Below are positions 13,101 to 27,500 of a stretch of 64,000 bases of DNA, piece after piece (the stretch's first letter is position 1; each line of letters begins with the position of its first letter). A program made the position numbers and the translations under genes. Source of the DNA: Takakia lepidozioides (lineage: Eukaryota > Plantae > Bryophyta); contig CM060732.1 in the NCBI GenBank assembly GCA_030704615.1, forward strand, positions 75,454,001 to 75,518,000. The letters run 5' to 3'. The notes under the pieces were generated by a model. That model worked only from the letters and a program-made list of their open reading frames with translations, did no database searches and was not told the origin of the DNA.

Positions 13101-14711
13101 GCAGATCTCACATCATCAAAATGCAGCATGATTGATAACCAAAAAAGGAACAGCCCCAAACAAGACGTCTGACGAACCTGTATGTAAAGATGACTCGGCA
13201 GGTGATGCTGTTACAGCCTTCTCTACCTTGGCCTTTTTCTTGGGTCTCTTCTTTATTGTCTGTTTATCATCACCTTCATCCTTGCTAAGATCTCCCCGGT
13301 CCTCCTCAACAACTACCTCTACTTCCACCTCCTCTATCTCATCACTTACCCTCCCTTCATCCTCCACTTCCCTTTTCTCCTCAACCTCCATTTCCTCCGG
13401 CTCTATCACTTTCTCTTCAACCTTCTTTTTCCGATGGGGCTTCCTCTTACCATCTCCCACATTCTTGCCTTTGTCCGGCGTCGCCCTCACTTCTTCCAGA
13501 GGCTTCACCTCATCAGGGACCGGGTCCTTGGGTCGTTTTTTCTTTTTTACACTTTTTTCTACCTCGTGGCTCTCCCCTACTTCATCCAAGGTCTTGCGTT
13601 TCTTGCTCTCCCCTGTGCTTTTCTTCCTGGGTTTTTTCTCACTGCCCTCCCCTGTAAAGACTTTGCGTAAGACCGCAGTTTCAGCTTTTGTAGGAGTTAC
13701 AGCCTCCTCCTCTTCATTTTCTGCTTCACCTTCTACAACTTTCTTCACCTCCATCATGGGAGCCTTCCCCTTGAAAGCTCGTGTGTCTGCCTTTTTCAAC
13801 AAACCCTTAGACGCTACTTTCAGAACTCCCTTGGGTCCTGGCTTGCCAACTCTGTCTTGGTCCATCTCTGCTACCCTTTTGGAAGGGCCCTCAGGAACCC
13901 CCTTGACGATACTTCTAAGCTTCAACACTCCCTTGGAACCTACAACGGGTAACAACACTGCAGATTTCTTCGCTGCAAGCTTACGAGTTGCTCCCGTCCC
14001 TCTCCCGTGCTGCAAAGACTTCCCCTTCTTGGTACCTTCAGGTACAGCCTTCATTCTTTTCACACTCCCAGTTTTCTTTGGCACGGGCTTGCGGGCGACT
14101 TGGGGTTGTGGTTGTTGGCGCTGCCATATTTCGAGCCTCTCATCGACATCGGCTTCAGGGCATGTCTCCCATGCTTTCTGCATGTCCACAAACAGATTGA
14201 CCATGCGATTGTGATACTGTCTCATGAGATGATAATGCTCTTTCCTTTGCAAATATTTCAATCCTTCCCTGTAGCCCAACACACGGGGATGACACAGGCC
14301 CCCCTTCAGTCGATCAAACAGATCAGCCACAGGACTACCAAAGTGAAAATTCTCACCACCCAGAAGCTCCCTCATATTGTCCTTGAAGACATCCTCCTCC
14401 TCAAGTGGTGGGAGGAGGAGGGCAAGACTATGTCTCTCCTCCTCTGTCAGACTGTAATTCCAAGTATGGAGGGACAAAACTTCCTTTAAACTGGACAGAT
14501 CAAAAAGCTGTGCGGGCACAGCACACACATCTTCTCCAACCTGACAAATGTCGCTGCCTTTCTCTGTCAACTCCTCCTCGGACAGATCAGAATCCACCAG
14601 AGCAGCATGCCTTGATTGTCGCTTCTGCTTCACCGGAGGGTTGTCGTCCGTCGACGAGCCTGACAATGTGCTTGCCCTGCTCGCTCTAGACGCACTCCCG
14701 GTGATGGCCAT
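10150..14711 (-). CDS. NFRKB: NFRKB-like (INO80 complex subunit G-like) protein, about 1087 aa; exons 14711-13178, 12775-12348, 12071-11925, 11799-11260, 10764-10150
   Basis: The N-terminus starts MAI and contains a DEUBAD/ASXH-like region (VLSLHTWNYSLTEEER...NFHFGSP...LKGGLCHP). Conserved C-terminal blocks are present: FPFSVTHLLSAVRAA, YFRREELLRYSLPDRAF, LVRDAAARLPGSIGTRADVC and VSGALDRLHYERDPCV. All four introns are GT-AG with matching phases. Confidence 0.92.
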
Positions 14712-15433
14712 GAGCGAGGTGGTTGGACAGCAGCAAGAGGGCCCGAGAACGACACACCCCGACAAGCAGAGTAAGGTACCCTGCCCTAAAACCGTCCCGT
14801 CCCTCCCGTCGACAAAACCCCATTGGCGTCCCTGGATGCCCTCCGTGCACGCGCTTGTTATTAGGGATTGTCTGAAGGCCTCCGTTGGTCTACTTTATGA
14901 AGAGTATCGACAGGGAGTTGGACTTTTTTTTCTTTTTTTTAAAAGGAGAAGAGGGACAGAGGCCTTAGAGTTGGACTATTTGTTGAATGCTTTTTCACCT
15001 AGCTCTAGTTATTGTGGGAACTTTATTTTTCTTTTCTTTTCTTAAGAGAAGAGGGACAGAGGCCTCAAAACTTTATAAAAATTGGGACATGAATAGTCCA
15101 GGATTACATAGTGGAAAAAATAACCTCTGAAAGAATGCCATGGAGGCTAATGGAACTGATATAGTCGCCGCACTAGGTCTTATGATTTTAGGTCTTTTTA
15201 AGGATGCACCTGATTTTTTGATGATTTTTCTTCAAAAATTCATAAAAAGCTCAAATTGAGTCCAAAATTGGATCTGAAAATTATACCATGTGGAGGTCTA
15301 TCCATAATTATGACATATATTTCAGAGAATGAGATCATCAATAGAACTAGGGTAGCCGGGCTACATGCTGGTTGTCCTAACAATTAACAGTCAGTTGATT
15401 GCCTTTCTAGAATCTCAGGAGAGGGAAAAATAA

Positions 15434-17058
15434 TCAATATACGAAGCAAGGTAGTTTCTTTATCTGTATTATTTTGTTTGTTTTGTAGCGTTGAGATCTC
15501 CCACACCGCGGGCCCAGCCTTGGTGCTTGGTACCGTTGGAAAAGCCTCCATGAGGAGGGGTGCACCGGCTTGGTCTCATGATTTTTGGACATGTTGTCAG
15601 GTAGATATGGATTTTCAAGTACTTTTGGTCGCCGGAAATTCGTGCAAAATAGCAAAGTGGGCTTTCCTAGAACAATGATTGGATATATTACTACTCAATA
15701 AATTCATGGGGAAAAACCCTTTCATATTCATCCAATATATTGTTCTCTTTTAATCTACAAGAAGCCTACTCCTAGACGTCGTGGTGGTGGCTTTGACATT
15801 GGAAACACGCTTGGATACATAAGAGATTGCACTTGGACTTAGATGACACTTGATACTTGGGCCAACTGCACAGACTACCCAGTGGTACCGTTTGAAAGCC
15901 CTCGATGAGGAGCGGTGCACAGGCTTGATTTCATAATTTTTGGACCTGCAGTGTGGGAGATATGGAATTTCAAGTACTTTTGGTCAATGGAAATTCATGA
16001 AAAATAGCAAAGTGGGCTTTCCTGGAACAAAAATTGGATATATTACTACTCAATCAGCATATCAATATATGAATTAAGAAGATTTGTTTTGTTTTGTTTT
16101 GTTTTGTCTCGTTGAGATGTCCCGAACTGCAAGGCCTCTGCCCTGGTGCTTGGTACCGTTGGAAAGCCCTCGACGAGGAGGGGTGCACGGGCTTGGTCTC
16201 ATGATTTTTGGACATGCGGTGTGGGAGATGTCGAATTCCAAGTACTTTTGGTCGTTGGAAATTCACAAAATATAGCAAAAATGGCAAAGTGGGCATTCCT
16301 GGGACAATGGTTGGAGCCTCGACAGGACAGATTTCAAGGGAAAGGTCTCCGGTTCACTAGAGGTTGCATTTGGGCCTCGACATAGGAGACACACTTTGAT
16401 ACATGGGGTTTCGCACTTGGACTTAGATGACATTGGACACTTGGCCCAACGGCACATGCTAACGAAACGAGATGTTAGTTAGTTAGTTAGTTTGTTTTGT
16501 TTTGTTTTGTCACTTTGAGATGTACCACTTGGCTTAGATGACATTCGACACTTGGGCCAACGGCACACGCTACCCTAGTCAATATATGAAGGAAGCCAGT
16601 TTGTTTGTTTTGTTTGTTTTGTCACGTTGAGATGTCCCGAACCGCGGGGGCTGGCCCCGGTGCTTGGTACCATTGGAAAGCCCTCAACGAGGGGGGGTGC
16701 ACCGACTTGGTCTCATAATTTTAAATGGACATGCGGTGTGGGAGATGTGGAATTCCAAGCACTTTTGGTCGCTAGAAATCCACGAAAAAGAGCAAAATGG
16801 GCATTCCTGTGACAATGGTTGGAGAGAGATCTCAAGATAAAGGTCTCCGGTTCAAATTTGGTCGTAGGCTCTGTGGAAAAGAATGCATTTGGACTTAGAT
16901 GACATTAGACACTTGGCTGAAAAAATAAAAATGGGGCCTTGACATGGGAGACATACTTGGATACATAGGAGATTGCACTTGAATAACCTGGATACATAGG
17001 GGATTGCACTTGAACTTAGATGACATTGGACACTTGGGCCTCTATATGGGAGATGCAT
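15434..17058 (+). repeat. Helitron terminal-module array 1
   Basis: Repeated module A (GGTACCGTTGGAAAGCCCTCGATGAGGAGGGGTGCAC...AATAGCAAAGTGGGC) near 15490, 15880, 16110 and 16626. Repeated module B (GCACTTGGATACATAGGAGATTGCACTTGGACTTAGATGACA). A CTAG|TC junction sits at 16578/16579. Confidence 0.85.
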
Positions 17059-17059
17059 G

Positions 17060-17770
17060 AATAGTGATCACCTGAGTGGCCAATTATAAAATTTAAATAT
17101 CTTACTCAATCTCAAACCTATTCATGTTTATATTTCGCTGACTTTTGTTTTAAAAACAATTTCGATTTTTTGCTCGCATCCGCAGTTGAGGTGCAAACTT
17201 GAGTGGCTTAGGTGAACACCCCAGCCATCCAAGTGGGCAGCTAGGGTGATCACCCGAGCAACTCAAGGTGATCACCTGAGTGGCCGATCATAAAATTAAA
17301 TATCTTATTAAATCTCAAACCTATTCATATTCCTATTTCGCTCAAATTTAATAAAAAAAATTGATTTCAGTTTTTGGCTCACATTGGTTGCTGAGGTGCA
17401 AACCTGAGCGGCTCAGGTGATCACCTGAGTGGCTGACCATAAAATTAAATACCTCACTAAATGCCGGACCTATTCATATTTCTAATTTGTTGGAATTTCA
17501 AAAAGAATGATTTCTGTTTTTGGCTCGCACTGGCCGCTGCGGGAACGTGAGGGGCTTCGGTGAACGCCCCAGCCATTCAAGTGGGCAGCTAAGGTGATCA
17601 CCTTAGTGGCTGATTTTTTTTTAAAAATTTGATTTCGGTTTTTTGGCTCACATTGGCGGCTCAGGTGCAAACCTGAGCGGCTGAAGTGATCACCCGAGTG
17701 GCTGATTCTAGAATTTAAATAGCTTACTAAATCTCAGACCTGTTCATATTCCTATTTCGATGAAATTAAA
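17060..17770. repeat. Diverged tandem array with TGATCACC(C/T)GAGTGGC units
   Basis: GTGATCACC.GAGTGGC.GA..ATAAAATTAAATA.CTTA.TAAATCTCA.ACCT.TTCATATT recurs near 17064, 17268, 17417 and 17686, upstream of the Rep ORF. Confidence 0.8.
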
Positions 17771-19116
17771 AAAATAGAAAATTAGATTTTAATTTCAACT
17801 TTTATTCCATTCATACCTTTTTTAATGAAATTTATGGTATAAATTAAATAGTGAAAGTTCCAACATTGAATATTTATCATGGCTTATAGTGTGTTTGGGC
17901 CTTATGGTGGCCATCCACCTATTGCGACTTGAGCTGTTCAAGTGGCCTGATGGGGTGATTACTTGACGGGCTGATCATAAAGTTCTAACATTTAATAATA
18001 TATCTTGGGATATCCCACCTAATTTACCTTACGTCCGGGCCTTAAATTACAAATCGCTCAATCATTTATATTTTCATGTCCATCATTATCATTTATTGAA
18101 TCAATATTATTTCTGCTACCCAAGACAATTGAAGCAGACATATTTATCAATGCTTGTATTACATACTTTAGAGAAATCATTTCTTCTCCTTCACTAGAGC
18201 TCCAAACAGATTTAAAGCAATGCTTTACAATTGTACCAAGCACAACTGAAATTGAAATATATTTACAAGAAATACAGAACTTGCCGTCGTCAATATTAGA
18301 TCCCCGTTTTTTAGTATGTGTTTCATACTACATAAAACGTCGTATTACAATTTTGTTAATGACTAGTCATGCTACATCGCTTGACATTGGAAAACATTTT
18401 ACTCAATCACTTCCTATACATATTTTACATGAAAATACTATATCTGATCCTTGGTTTAAACCGTTATTAACATATAGATTCCAATGGTCTGATAGCTTAA
18501 ATAATGAATTATATGAACTTCTTAGATCACATCCTACAACACCAATTAAAGATATTGCTTCCGTGTTTTTATTAAAACACCAATCGTTGGGTTTAACAAA
18601 ACTACAAGTAACTAGACACATAAATTACATACAAAAAAAACACATGGATGAATCTTTCCAAAATACATCTTCAACACAAAATGTCTCACATATAAACACA
18701 CATTTGAAACAAACCATTGTAGAAACAAATATAGATATAAACAACCACCTTCATGATAATGAAATTGTATTACCATTAAACCATTAAAACACTTCTATAC
18801 CATCCCAATCTCTTGACATGGTCAAAAATCTATCCGATAATTTTGTGCAGAACACTTACAACACCGCTACAAAACGAAAAAGATTTAGTTGAAAAAATGA
18901 AGATAGTATTTTAATTAACATTATGACTGAAAATCCTAATATTTCTTTTCATGATAAAGCAAACTTGTTTTGGTATCCAAACCCACTTTTGAAAAATCAC
19001 ATAAACAAATAGTAAACCATTTAAAGTATTTATCAAAAACATATGTTGTAAACCAATCTATATTTACTACACATAATCCATGAATACAGCAAACGGATGA
19101 CAGTCCAAATTCTCCT

Positions 19117-22100
19117 TTGCCCAATGTTCAACAAGAAAATGACATTATACAAAGCATTAACATAATAAAATTTCAGAAACAAATAAAGGATACCCCCACA
19201 TATTTTTGTATATGCTGCCAAATGTTATGTTTCCTGAAACAAGTTCAAAAAATAAAAAATAATTTGGCACGGCAGTTATCAATTTACTTTAACAGACACA
19301 TAGATGAAATTGTTCTATCATATATATGTAAAAATATTTATCTGCAATTAAAAACAATAAAATACCTAAATATCAAGTTCCCCATACAATATGTACAAAC
19401 ATTGTTTTGCCCTCCATGCAAAAATTGACACAACTAGAAGAACGACTTATATCCCCTCGTTTAGAATTTGTCCAAATATATAAGCTACATGGCCATGGAC
19501 AATATAAGATGCATGGAAGTGTAATTAATGTTGTATTAGATGTTGATCATACACAAACAATACTGCCACGCCTCCCTTACGATGATGCTACTTTAGGTAT
19601 TTACCTTAAAAGACGACTACAGTATAAATCTCCATATCTAGCAGGTAACATTCGACCTAATGTTGTTATGTTGGCTCTACATGATTTACTTCAAACCCCA
19701 TTATATGTAGATTTAAATATAACAATTCATCCTCAATGGGCAAGCCTTTTTGCTTTACATAATCAAAATCAGAGTGATGATCATGACATAGATAGAGATG
19801 TTAATGACACAAATGATACATTTGAAGAAGAACAAGACAATGTTGAAACATATACTATGATTCACAATTTTTTACATTATGAAACAATCCATGATTATGA
19901 AAATGAAATTTTGTCCGTAGCACCAGCAGAAAAATCTCATCCCATAGGACTTTTCAAAGACAAATACAGTGAAGAATTGAATTTCCCAACTTTATTTTTT
20001 GGCTGTTCTCGAAAACCTGATATTTACAAAAACTTTTCATAACAACAAATAGCACAGTGCGAATTACTACACAAAAATCATAACTTTTGTACAAATATAC
20101 CCAATTTGTTTTTCAAAGCTTCTAAAGTATGTATTTCTAAAGTCATGTCATCAAGCTCGATTCAAATTCGGAAAGGTACATTGAAGAGGACTACTAACAG
20201 CCGCTGAGGTTTGTGGTAATCCAAATATAGATCGAATTCTAAATTCATATATTGGTTTTCGAGATTTAAAAAGCTTGAGAACATCTCCAGATTATTTAGA
20301 AGACCTACGAAAAAACTTATTTGCAATGATTCGACAATTAGGTCCACCAACTTTTTTCATAACTCTTACTAGTGCTGAACGATTGTGGGAACCTTTAATT
20401 CAAGCACTTCACAAACTAAACTATGAAAAATTTAAATATACCTAACAAAATTGAGGATTTAGAACCGACACATATTGCAAAACTAATCCAAACTGATCCT
20501 ATAACATGTGCTAGATACTACGACCATCGTACAACAGCTTTTCGAAAAATGATAAAAAAAGAACCCAACCTTCTTGGTAAAGTAGAAGATTTCTTTTTCG
20601 TTACTGAGTTCCAAAGCAAAGGAAGTGAACATGACCATGGTCTCATTTGGATCAAAGATGCTCCATTATTTACAATTGATAATAATGATAAAATTCAATC
20701 TTTTGTGCAAAAATTTATTTCATGTGAAGCATCACTTTTACCACTTCATTTACAAGATGTGCAATCCCATAAACACACACGTACATGTAGTAAAAAAACC
20801 CAACCTATATGTAGATTCCATTACCCTTTACCACCTATGCCTTCCACTCAAATTCTTGCCCCGCTTGAAGAAAATGAAATAGTTTCAACATTACGTGCTC
20901 ATTTACAAGCTCAAGCCAATAAAATCTTTTTAAAACTACATGAAATGAATATGGGTGAAGATATTACTTTCACTGAATTTCTACAATCTTTAACATTAGA
21001 CGAAAACACGTATATCTTAGCTTTACGAAGTCGATTAACTAAGCCACAAATATTTCTTGAACGTACTCCCAAAAATATACGAACGAACGCATTTCCTAAA
21101 CATGTAGCATACCTATGGTGTGCAAACACAGACATACAATATATTTTAGATCCATATGCTGCTGCCACTTATTGTACATCTTACATGACAAAACTAGACA
21201 AAACAATAACATTTGAATTATGTACAATCATCCAAAAATGTGTTGCTGACAAAGTAGATTTTGATACACGAATAATAAAGTTGGGTAATGCTTTCTTAAA
21301 TTCTCAACAAATGTCTGCCCAACTTGCAACCTACTTAGTTTTATCACTTCCTTTGCATCATAGCTCTTGCTCATTTAAGTTTATTAATACCTCACCTTGT
21401 CAAAATAGGGCATTTGTGCTAAAACCTCAAAGTGCATTAGAAAAATTAGATCCACATTCCACTGACGTTATGTGTCCCTCTATTATAGATAGGTACGTAC
21501 GCAGGCCTATGGAATTGGATTCTTTATCTTTAGCTGAATTTTCTTCATCATATAATATTATAAATAATAAATTTATCAAATGTAAAAAAATGAAAGTAAT
21601 AAGATTTGTTCACTACAATAAACATAAAGATATAGAAAACTGGGCAAGAGAACACCTTCTTTTATACCATCATTTTCGAGGACGAGAAGAACAACAAATA
21701 GGTATTCATAACACATGGCATGAAGCATATTCTGAACATGCCCAATCTATATCACAAATAAAATCTCTTTTTACATATAAACTTCATGTGCAACAGGACA
21801 CAGACTCCAATGTTGGTTGGGATGACTTACAAACTTGTTCATTTGAATTGTCAAACCACCATAACCAAAATATGTGGACAAACATTGATCATCAAAGCAA
21901 TGACGACGACAACATGCACTTTGCTATTCCAATAACAGATAATAGTAATACAGAGACATATAACATTCACGATGTTTTTTACATTAGACCCCGTAATACA
22001 CGCATAACATCCGTTCACAATGAAAATAACTCTTCTTTATCAAGATGCCCAACCCTAATGGATGAACAACAATTTCGTTGTCTTCTAAGATAGCTTAATC

Positions 22101-22230
22101 CAAAACAAAGATGCATTTTTGACGATTGTATGTTCCGCAAAAGAGTACACCCCACTAAACCAATACATTTATTTCTAACAGGAGGTGCCTGGTACATGTA
22201 AAACATTTACATTAAAACTGGTACACCAGA
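19117..22230 (+). pseudogene. Helitron Rep-helicase (Helentron/Helitron2-like), frameshifted and truncated just after the PIF1 Walker A motif
   Basis: In order: CICC; a DUF6570-like block (LEERLISPR...GSVINV...LPRLP...LKRRLQYK...IRP); EELNFPTLFFG; AMIRQLGPPTFFITLTSAE; the HUH motif VTEFQSKGSEHDHGLIW; HKHTRTC...CRFHYP; the Y2 motif NTDIQYILDPYAAATYCTSYMTK; then LN.KQ...LFLTGGA-GT.KTF. Several stops and frameshifts; strongly AT-rich. Confidence 0.9.
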
Positions 22231-22234
22231 GGTG

Positions 22235-23360
22235 CGTCCTTTCCGGGCTTAGGTGGGCCTCGACAAAGGAGACGCACTTAGATACATGCGAACTTGCACT
22301 TGGTCTTAGATTTCAATTCTTCACACATGGGCCAACGACATAGGCTACCCTATAGGTCGCACTTGGACTTCGTGAAAAATAGCAAAGTGGGCTTTCCTGG
22401 AACAATGACGTGGAGATCTCCCAAACTGCAGGGTCTCTAGACATAGGGGATTACACTTGGACAAAGATGACATTGGACAGTTGGGCCTACCCTATATGAA
22501 GCGAGACGTTTGTTTTGTTTTGTTTGTTTGTTTTGTCACGTTGAGATGTCCCAAACCGCGGTGCCCCAGCCCTGGTGCTTGGTACCGTTGGAAAGCCCTC
22601 GATGAGGAGGGGTGCACCGGCTTGGTCTCATGATTTTTGGACGTGCGGTGTAGGAGATGTGGAATTTCAAGTACTTTTGGTCGTCGGAAATTCGGGAAAA
22701 ATAGCAAGTGGGCATTCCTGGGACAATGATTGGAGCCTCGACAGGAGAGATATCAAGGGAAAGGTCTCCGGTTTCTAGGCTTTGTGAAAAAATAATAATT
22801 AGATGTGGCTTGCTTCATCTATCACTTGGACTTAGATGACATTGGAGACTTGGGCCAACGGCACATGCTACCCAGAAATTCGGGGAAAATAACAAAGTGG
22901 GCTTTTAAGGACAATGATTGGAGCCTCGACGGGAGATATATCATTAATGATTTGATGTATTACTACTAAATCACTCAATAAATTCATGGAAAACAATAAA
23001 TTGAAGCTACCCCTATGAGGAGATATGGAATTTCAAGTACTTTTGGTTACTGGAAATTCATGAAAAATAGCAAAGACAGAAACCCATCAATATATGAAAC
23101 AAGGTAGAATATCCATCTATGAAGCGAGGTTGTTGTTTGGTTTTTTCTATCGAATTTCAAATACTTTTGGTTGCTGGGAATTCTTGCTACTCAATAAATT
23201 CATGGAAAACAACAAAGTTTTCAGTCGAATTTCAAGTACTTTTGGTCGCCGAAAATTCGTGAAAATAGCAAAGACAGAAACCCATCAATATATAAAATGA
23301 GGTAGAATATCCATCTATGAAGGGAGGTTGTTGTTTGTTTGTTTTGTTTTGTAGCTTTCC
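22235..23360 (+). repeat. Helitron terminal-module array 2
   Basis: Same modules A and B as 15434-17058, in the same orientation. Confidence 0.85.
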
Positions 23361-23431
23361 AATCTTTGAATCACATTACATTGTTGTTCATTTTGTTGTT
23401 CATTCATGTACCACACATTCTTTGTAACTAA

Positions 23432-24054
23432 TGTCAAGGACGAGAACATGACTGAACACAAACAAGAGATCAAACTAGAGGTACAAGACTAGACAAGAAG
23501 TCAAGATCGGCATGGCCGAATGCATGATGAATAAATAGGAATCAAGACGATCTTTATAACAATGAACAAAAGTACAAGATATTGGAATATGACTTGAATA
23601 CTGGAATGCTGGAAACTGGACTTGAGTACCAGATACTAGAAACTGGGCTAGAGTACTGGGAACTAGAAACAAGAGTAGCTTAAACTGGTGTTGGCGAGAC
23701 TGAAGAGTGTCCAGTCTCGCCTCCTATATATACTGGCTACTAAGAAGGTTCCCTAAGAAGCTTCTCCTATGGAGGTTTCTTGCTGGAGAAGTTTCCAAGA
23801 TTAAACAAAGGTTTCTTGATGGAGAAGCTTCCTTAAACAAATGAGATATCTTTGATGGAGAAGTTTCTTCAAAATGAAGCTTCCTGAGCAGTTTCCCAAG
23901 TTACTCTTGGTAATTTGGTAAACTCTCAGTAACTTGATAAGTAATGGTAAATCATGATAAATCACAGTAAATCATGGTAATTTTTGATAACTTGATAACT
24001 TGGTAATTTCTGGTATTTACTCCTGGTAAGTTCTTCTGGGCTATGTCCATGACA
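23432..24054 (-). repeat. 3' LTR (623 bp, complete)
   Basis: TGTCAAGGACGAGAAC...ATGTCCATGACA. It contains TATATATA (23725-23732) and (T/G)GTAA-rich short repeats, and is followed on + by TCACCCCCTCCT (the PPT on minus). Confidence 0.93.
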
Positions 24055-24585
24055 TCACCCCCTCCTCTAGCGCCGAGTTCCTCGAGGAGCGGTAAAATCT
24101 TGGACTTGCTTAGAGTTGGAGAAAATCCAAATCTGGCAAATGGTACTTGCCAAGTATTCGGCTCGTCGTTCTTGACTCAAATAATTTATAGGTCCTTACA
24201 ACCATCGATAGTGTCCAACACCTTGAACTTATGACCACGCAGTGATTTGAGCATTCTGATTTTCGAAGCTGACTTTAAACATGATTTCGTTGCCTCAACC
24301 TCCAACAGAATTATCAGACTTCGAGTGGACTCCACTTGCCGTCGTACGGGGTCCAGACGAGGAAGTACGCGTCGCATTGGTGGTCCATCGTCTCGAGAGC
24401 GTCGGCGTGATGTTGAAGGTCGTGAGAGTCGGAACGGCTGATCTAATAGCTGGGTAAGTGACAACTCCAAGTGTAGCTATATATACTGATGTGTGGTGCT
24501 CCTCCCTCCTTAGTGTATATCAAGTACATTGAATGTGGAGTCTTCACCTTGAAGCTAACTTGGCTGACATCATCGTTGTGACGTC

Positions 24586-27500
24586 TTATTGACGTGTAGC
24601 TCGGGGCTTAGCTAGATATCGTTGATGAAACTTTTGGACTTTGTCAGATGCATTGGCGAAGTTGGATGAAGGTTCCCACGTTCGTTCGCTGATGTCGTAA
24701 CCTTTCCAATGTACGAAATACTCAAGACGTTTATACTTGATGCGAGAGTCTAGGACTTCGTCGACTTCATACTCAATTTCCTGATTGACTTCGATTGGTG
24801 GAGGTGGTACAGAGACTCTCCATGGAATATTCGATGGATGATACAACTCCAATAATGAAACATGAAAGACTGGATGGATGTACATACTTCGTGGGAGTTC
24901 AAGCCGAAAACTGACCGGATTTATTTGTCGAATAATTTTGAATGGTCTCAGGCGTTGATAATCCAATTTCCTTGATGGTCGCGAGGTTTGTATGTCCCGT
25001 CGAAGAAGCCACACACGATCTCTGACCTTGAACTATGGTTGGAGTTGACGACGTTGATCTGCATACTCCTTGTATTGCTTTTGAGCTTCTGCAAGGTGAG
25101 ATGTAAGCTCATTATGAATCGTAGCAAGATGAGTAGCAAAATTTTCTGCAGCAGGGCTTCCAACAGTTTTCATGTGGAAAGGGTTTGCTCGAGGATGATG
25201 ACCATAATTGGAGAAAAATGGAGTTTGTTTGGTCGAAGAATGTATAGTGTTGTTGTAGGCAAACTCAGCCAATGACAAAAAGTCCGTCCAATTATCTTGG
25301 TGATAATTTATCATACAACGACGATACTGCTCCAAAATCTGGTTTACACGTTCGGTTTGACCATCAGTCTGTGGATGATTAGCTGTAGAGAGGTTGATCT
25401 TAGTATCCAATATGTGAAATAATCTCCTCCAGAAATTTGATATGAAACTGTGGTCCTCGATCAGATACGATGACCTTCGGGAGTCCATGAATGCGGTAGA
25501 TATTATTGAGGAAGAGTCTTGCAGTTTCCTCGCCGGTAACCGTCTTATTACATAGAATGAAATGTGTCATCATCGTAAAACGATCTACAATAACAAGGAT
25601 TAAATCGGTGGTCTTGGAAATTGGAAGGTCCGTAATAAAGTCCATAGATACGGACGACCATGGACCCTTGGGAATGGGTAATGTTTGAAGAAGGCCGTAA
25701 GGTCGATGTCGTGGTCCCTTCGTTCTACCACAATAGTCCCTGGATATCAACTCCAATGTTTTGTTGAAGCCGAAATATCCTACACCCGGAAGATCATGAC
25801 ATGTTTGAAGAATTCGAAGTCGTGTAGGTCCTGGAGGTACATAGAGAAGTCCCTTGAAGTAAAATAAGCCAATTCGAAGTCGTTTGTAACATGTGGATTG
25901 TCTCGAGGTTGATTTAGTTGACTTCGTAGTGTCGTAGCAAAATGGTCGCTCTTCAGTGCTTCCTGAATCTCCTTTATGATCTCTGCATCGTCATAGGTGG
26001 ACATGGATAGCATATTCAATTGGAGATTTGTTGGTTTCAAGATGATGGATTTTTGTTGGTCAAAAGCTGCATCCTCTTCTTTTGGAGCAGGATACGATCG
26101 TCGAGAAAGAGCATCTGGTTTTCCTTGAAGATGTCCGGGACGGTAGGTAATAACAAAATCAAACCTTGCTAGTGACATACTCCATCTCGTTTGACGTCGA
26201 TTCAAAATACGAGCACTCATAAAATATTCGAGGTTTTTGTGATCGGTATAGACAATGACCTGATGTTTAGCTCCCTCCAATAGATGTCGTCACTTCTCAA
26301 AAACATCGATAATCGCTAGAAGTTCTTTGTCATGGATTTAATAATTGATCTCCGCGACGGAAAATTTGCAAGATTGAAAACCAACAGGGTGGAATCGGCC
26401 ATCTGTACCGTATTGAGAGAGTACCGCGCCAAGTGTAAAGTCCGATGTATCTACTTCTAAGAAGAATGGTTTAGATCTGCATATACCATTATTGGAGCCG
26501 TTGTAAATGTCTGCTTCAGTCTTTCAAATGCCTGGTCAGCCTTCTCGTCCCATATAAATTTGTCATTCTCTGTGAGTCGTGTCAATGGTGCAGCAATTTT
26601 GGAATAGTCATTGATGAAGATTCGATAGAAATTTGCAAAGCCCAGAAAACATTGTACATCTCAGACCGAAGTTGGTTTAATCCACTCGTTGATGGTTTGT
26701 ATTTTCTTCTGATCCATAAAGACGCATTTGTCGGAAATAATGTAGCCCAGAAATTCGACCTCAGATTGATGGAAAAGACATTTCTCCAACTTTTCATATA
26801 GTCATTTTTCTCTTAATTTATCAAGGACAAGGCGTACATGGCGGCCATGTTCTTCTTCATTCTGTGAAAATATCAAAATGTCGTCCAAATAGATGATTAG
26901 AAAGTCATCTAAAAATTCTCGAAAGAAGTCATTCATCATATGTTGGAAAATTGCTGGAGCATTTGTAAGACCGAAAGACATAACACTGTATTCAAAATGT
27001 CCATACTTTGTTCGAAAAGCTGTTTTCCATTCGTTTTTTTTTAAATCCGTACAAGGTTATAAGCTCATCTCAAGGCGATTTTGGTGAAAATCTTCGCTCG
27101 TCCCAGCTGGTCGAGAAGCCCAGAAATCAGCGGCAACGGATAGCGATTCTTGATTGTGACTTTGTTGAGACTGCGTTAGTCGACACACATGCATAATGAT
27201 CTGTTTTTTTTTTTTTCACAAACAAGATAGGCGCCCCCGCGAGTGATTTTGAATATCGGATGAAGTGCTTCGACAAATTTTCATCAATGTATTTACGTAA
27301 TGCAGCCAACTCCGTCTGGGATAAGTTTATATTTGGGCCGAATGGTGGATGGGCTCCTTCTTGTAACCCAATTGCACAGTCATAAGGTCGATGTTCTGGC
27401 AATATGTCTGCATTTTTCTTCTCGAAGATATCTTTGAAATCTTGATATTGAGCGGGTAATGTTGAAGTACATTTGTCTGTTGTGGTCTTGATCGGAGTCG

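Noticed and set aside
13132-14214. 360-aa Ser/Phe-rich plus-strand ORF
   Set aside because: It is the antisense shadow of the Lys/Glu-rich NFRKB exon 1.
18281-18787. 168-aa ORF as an independent gene
   Set aside because: It is AT-rich and collinear with the Rep fragments, so it is most likely the broken N-terminal part of the same Helitron ORF.
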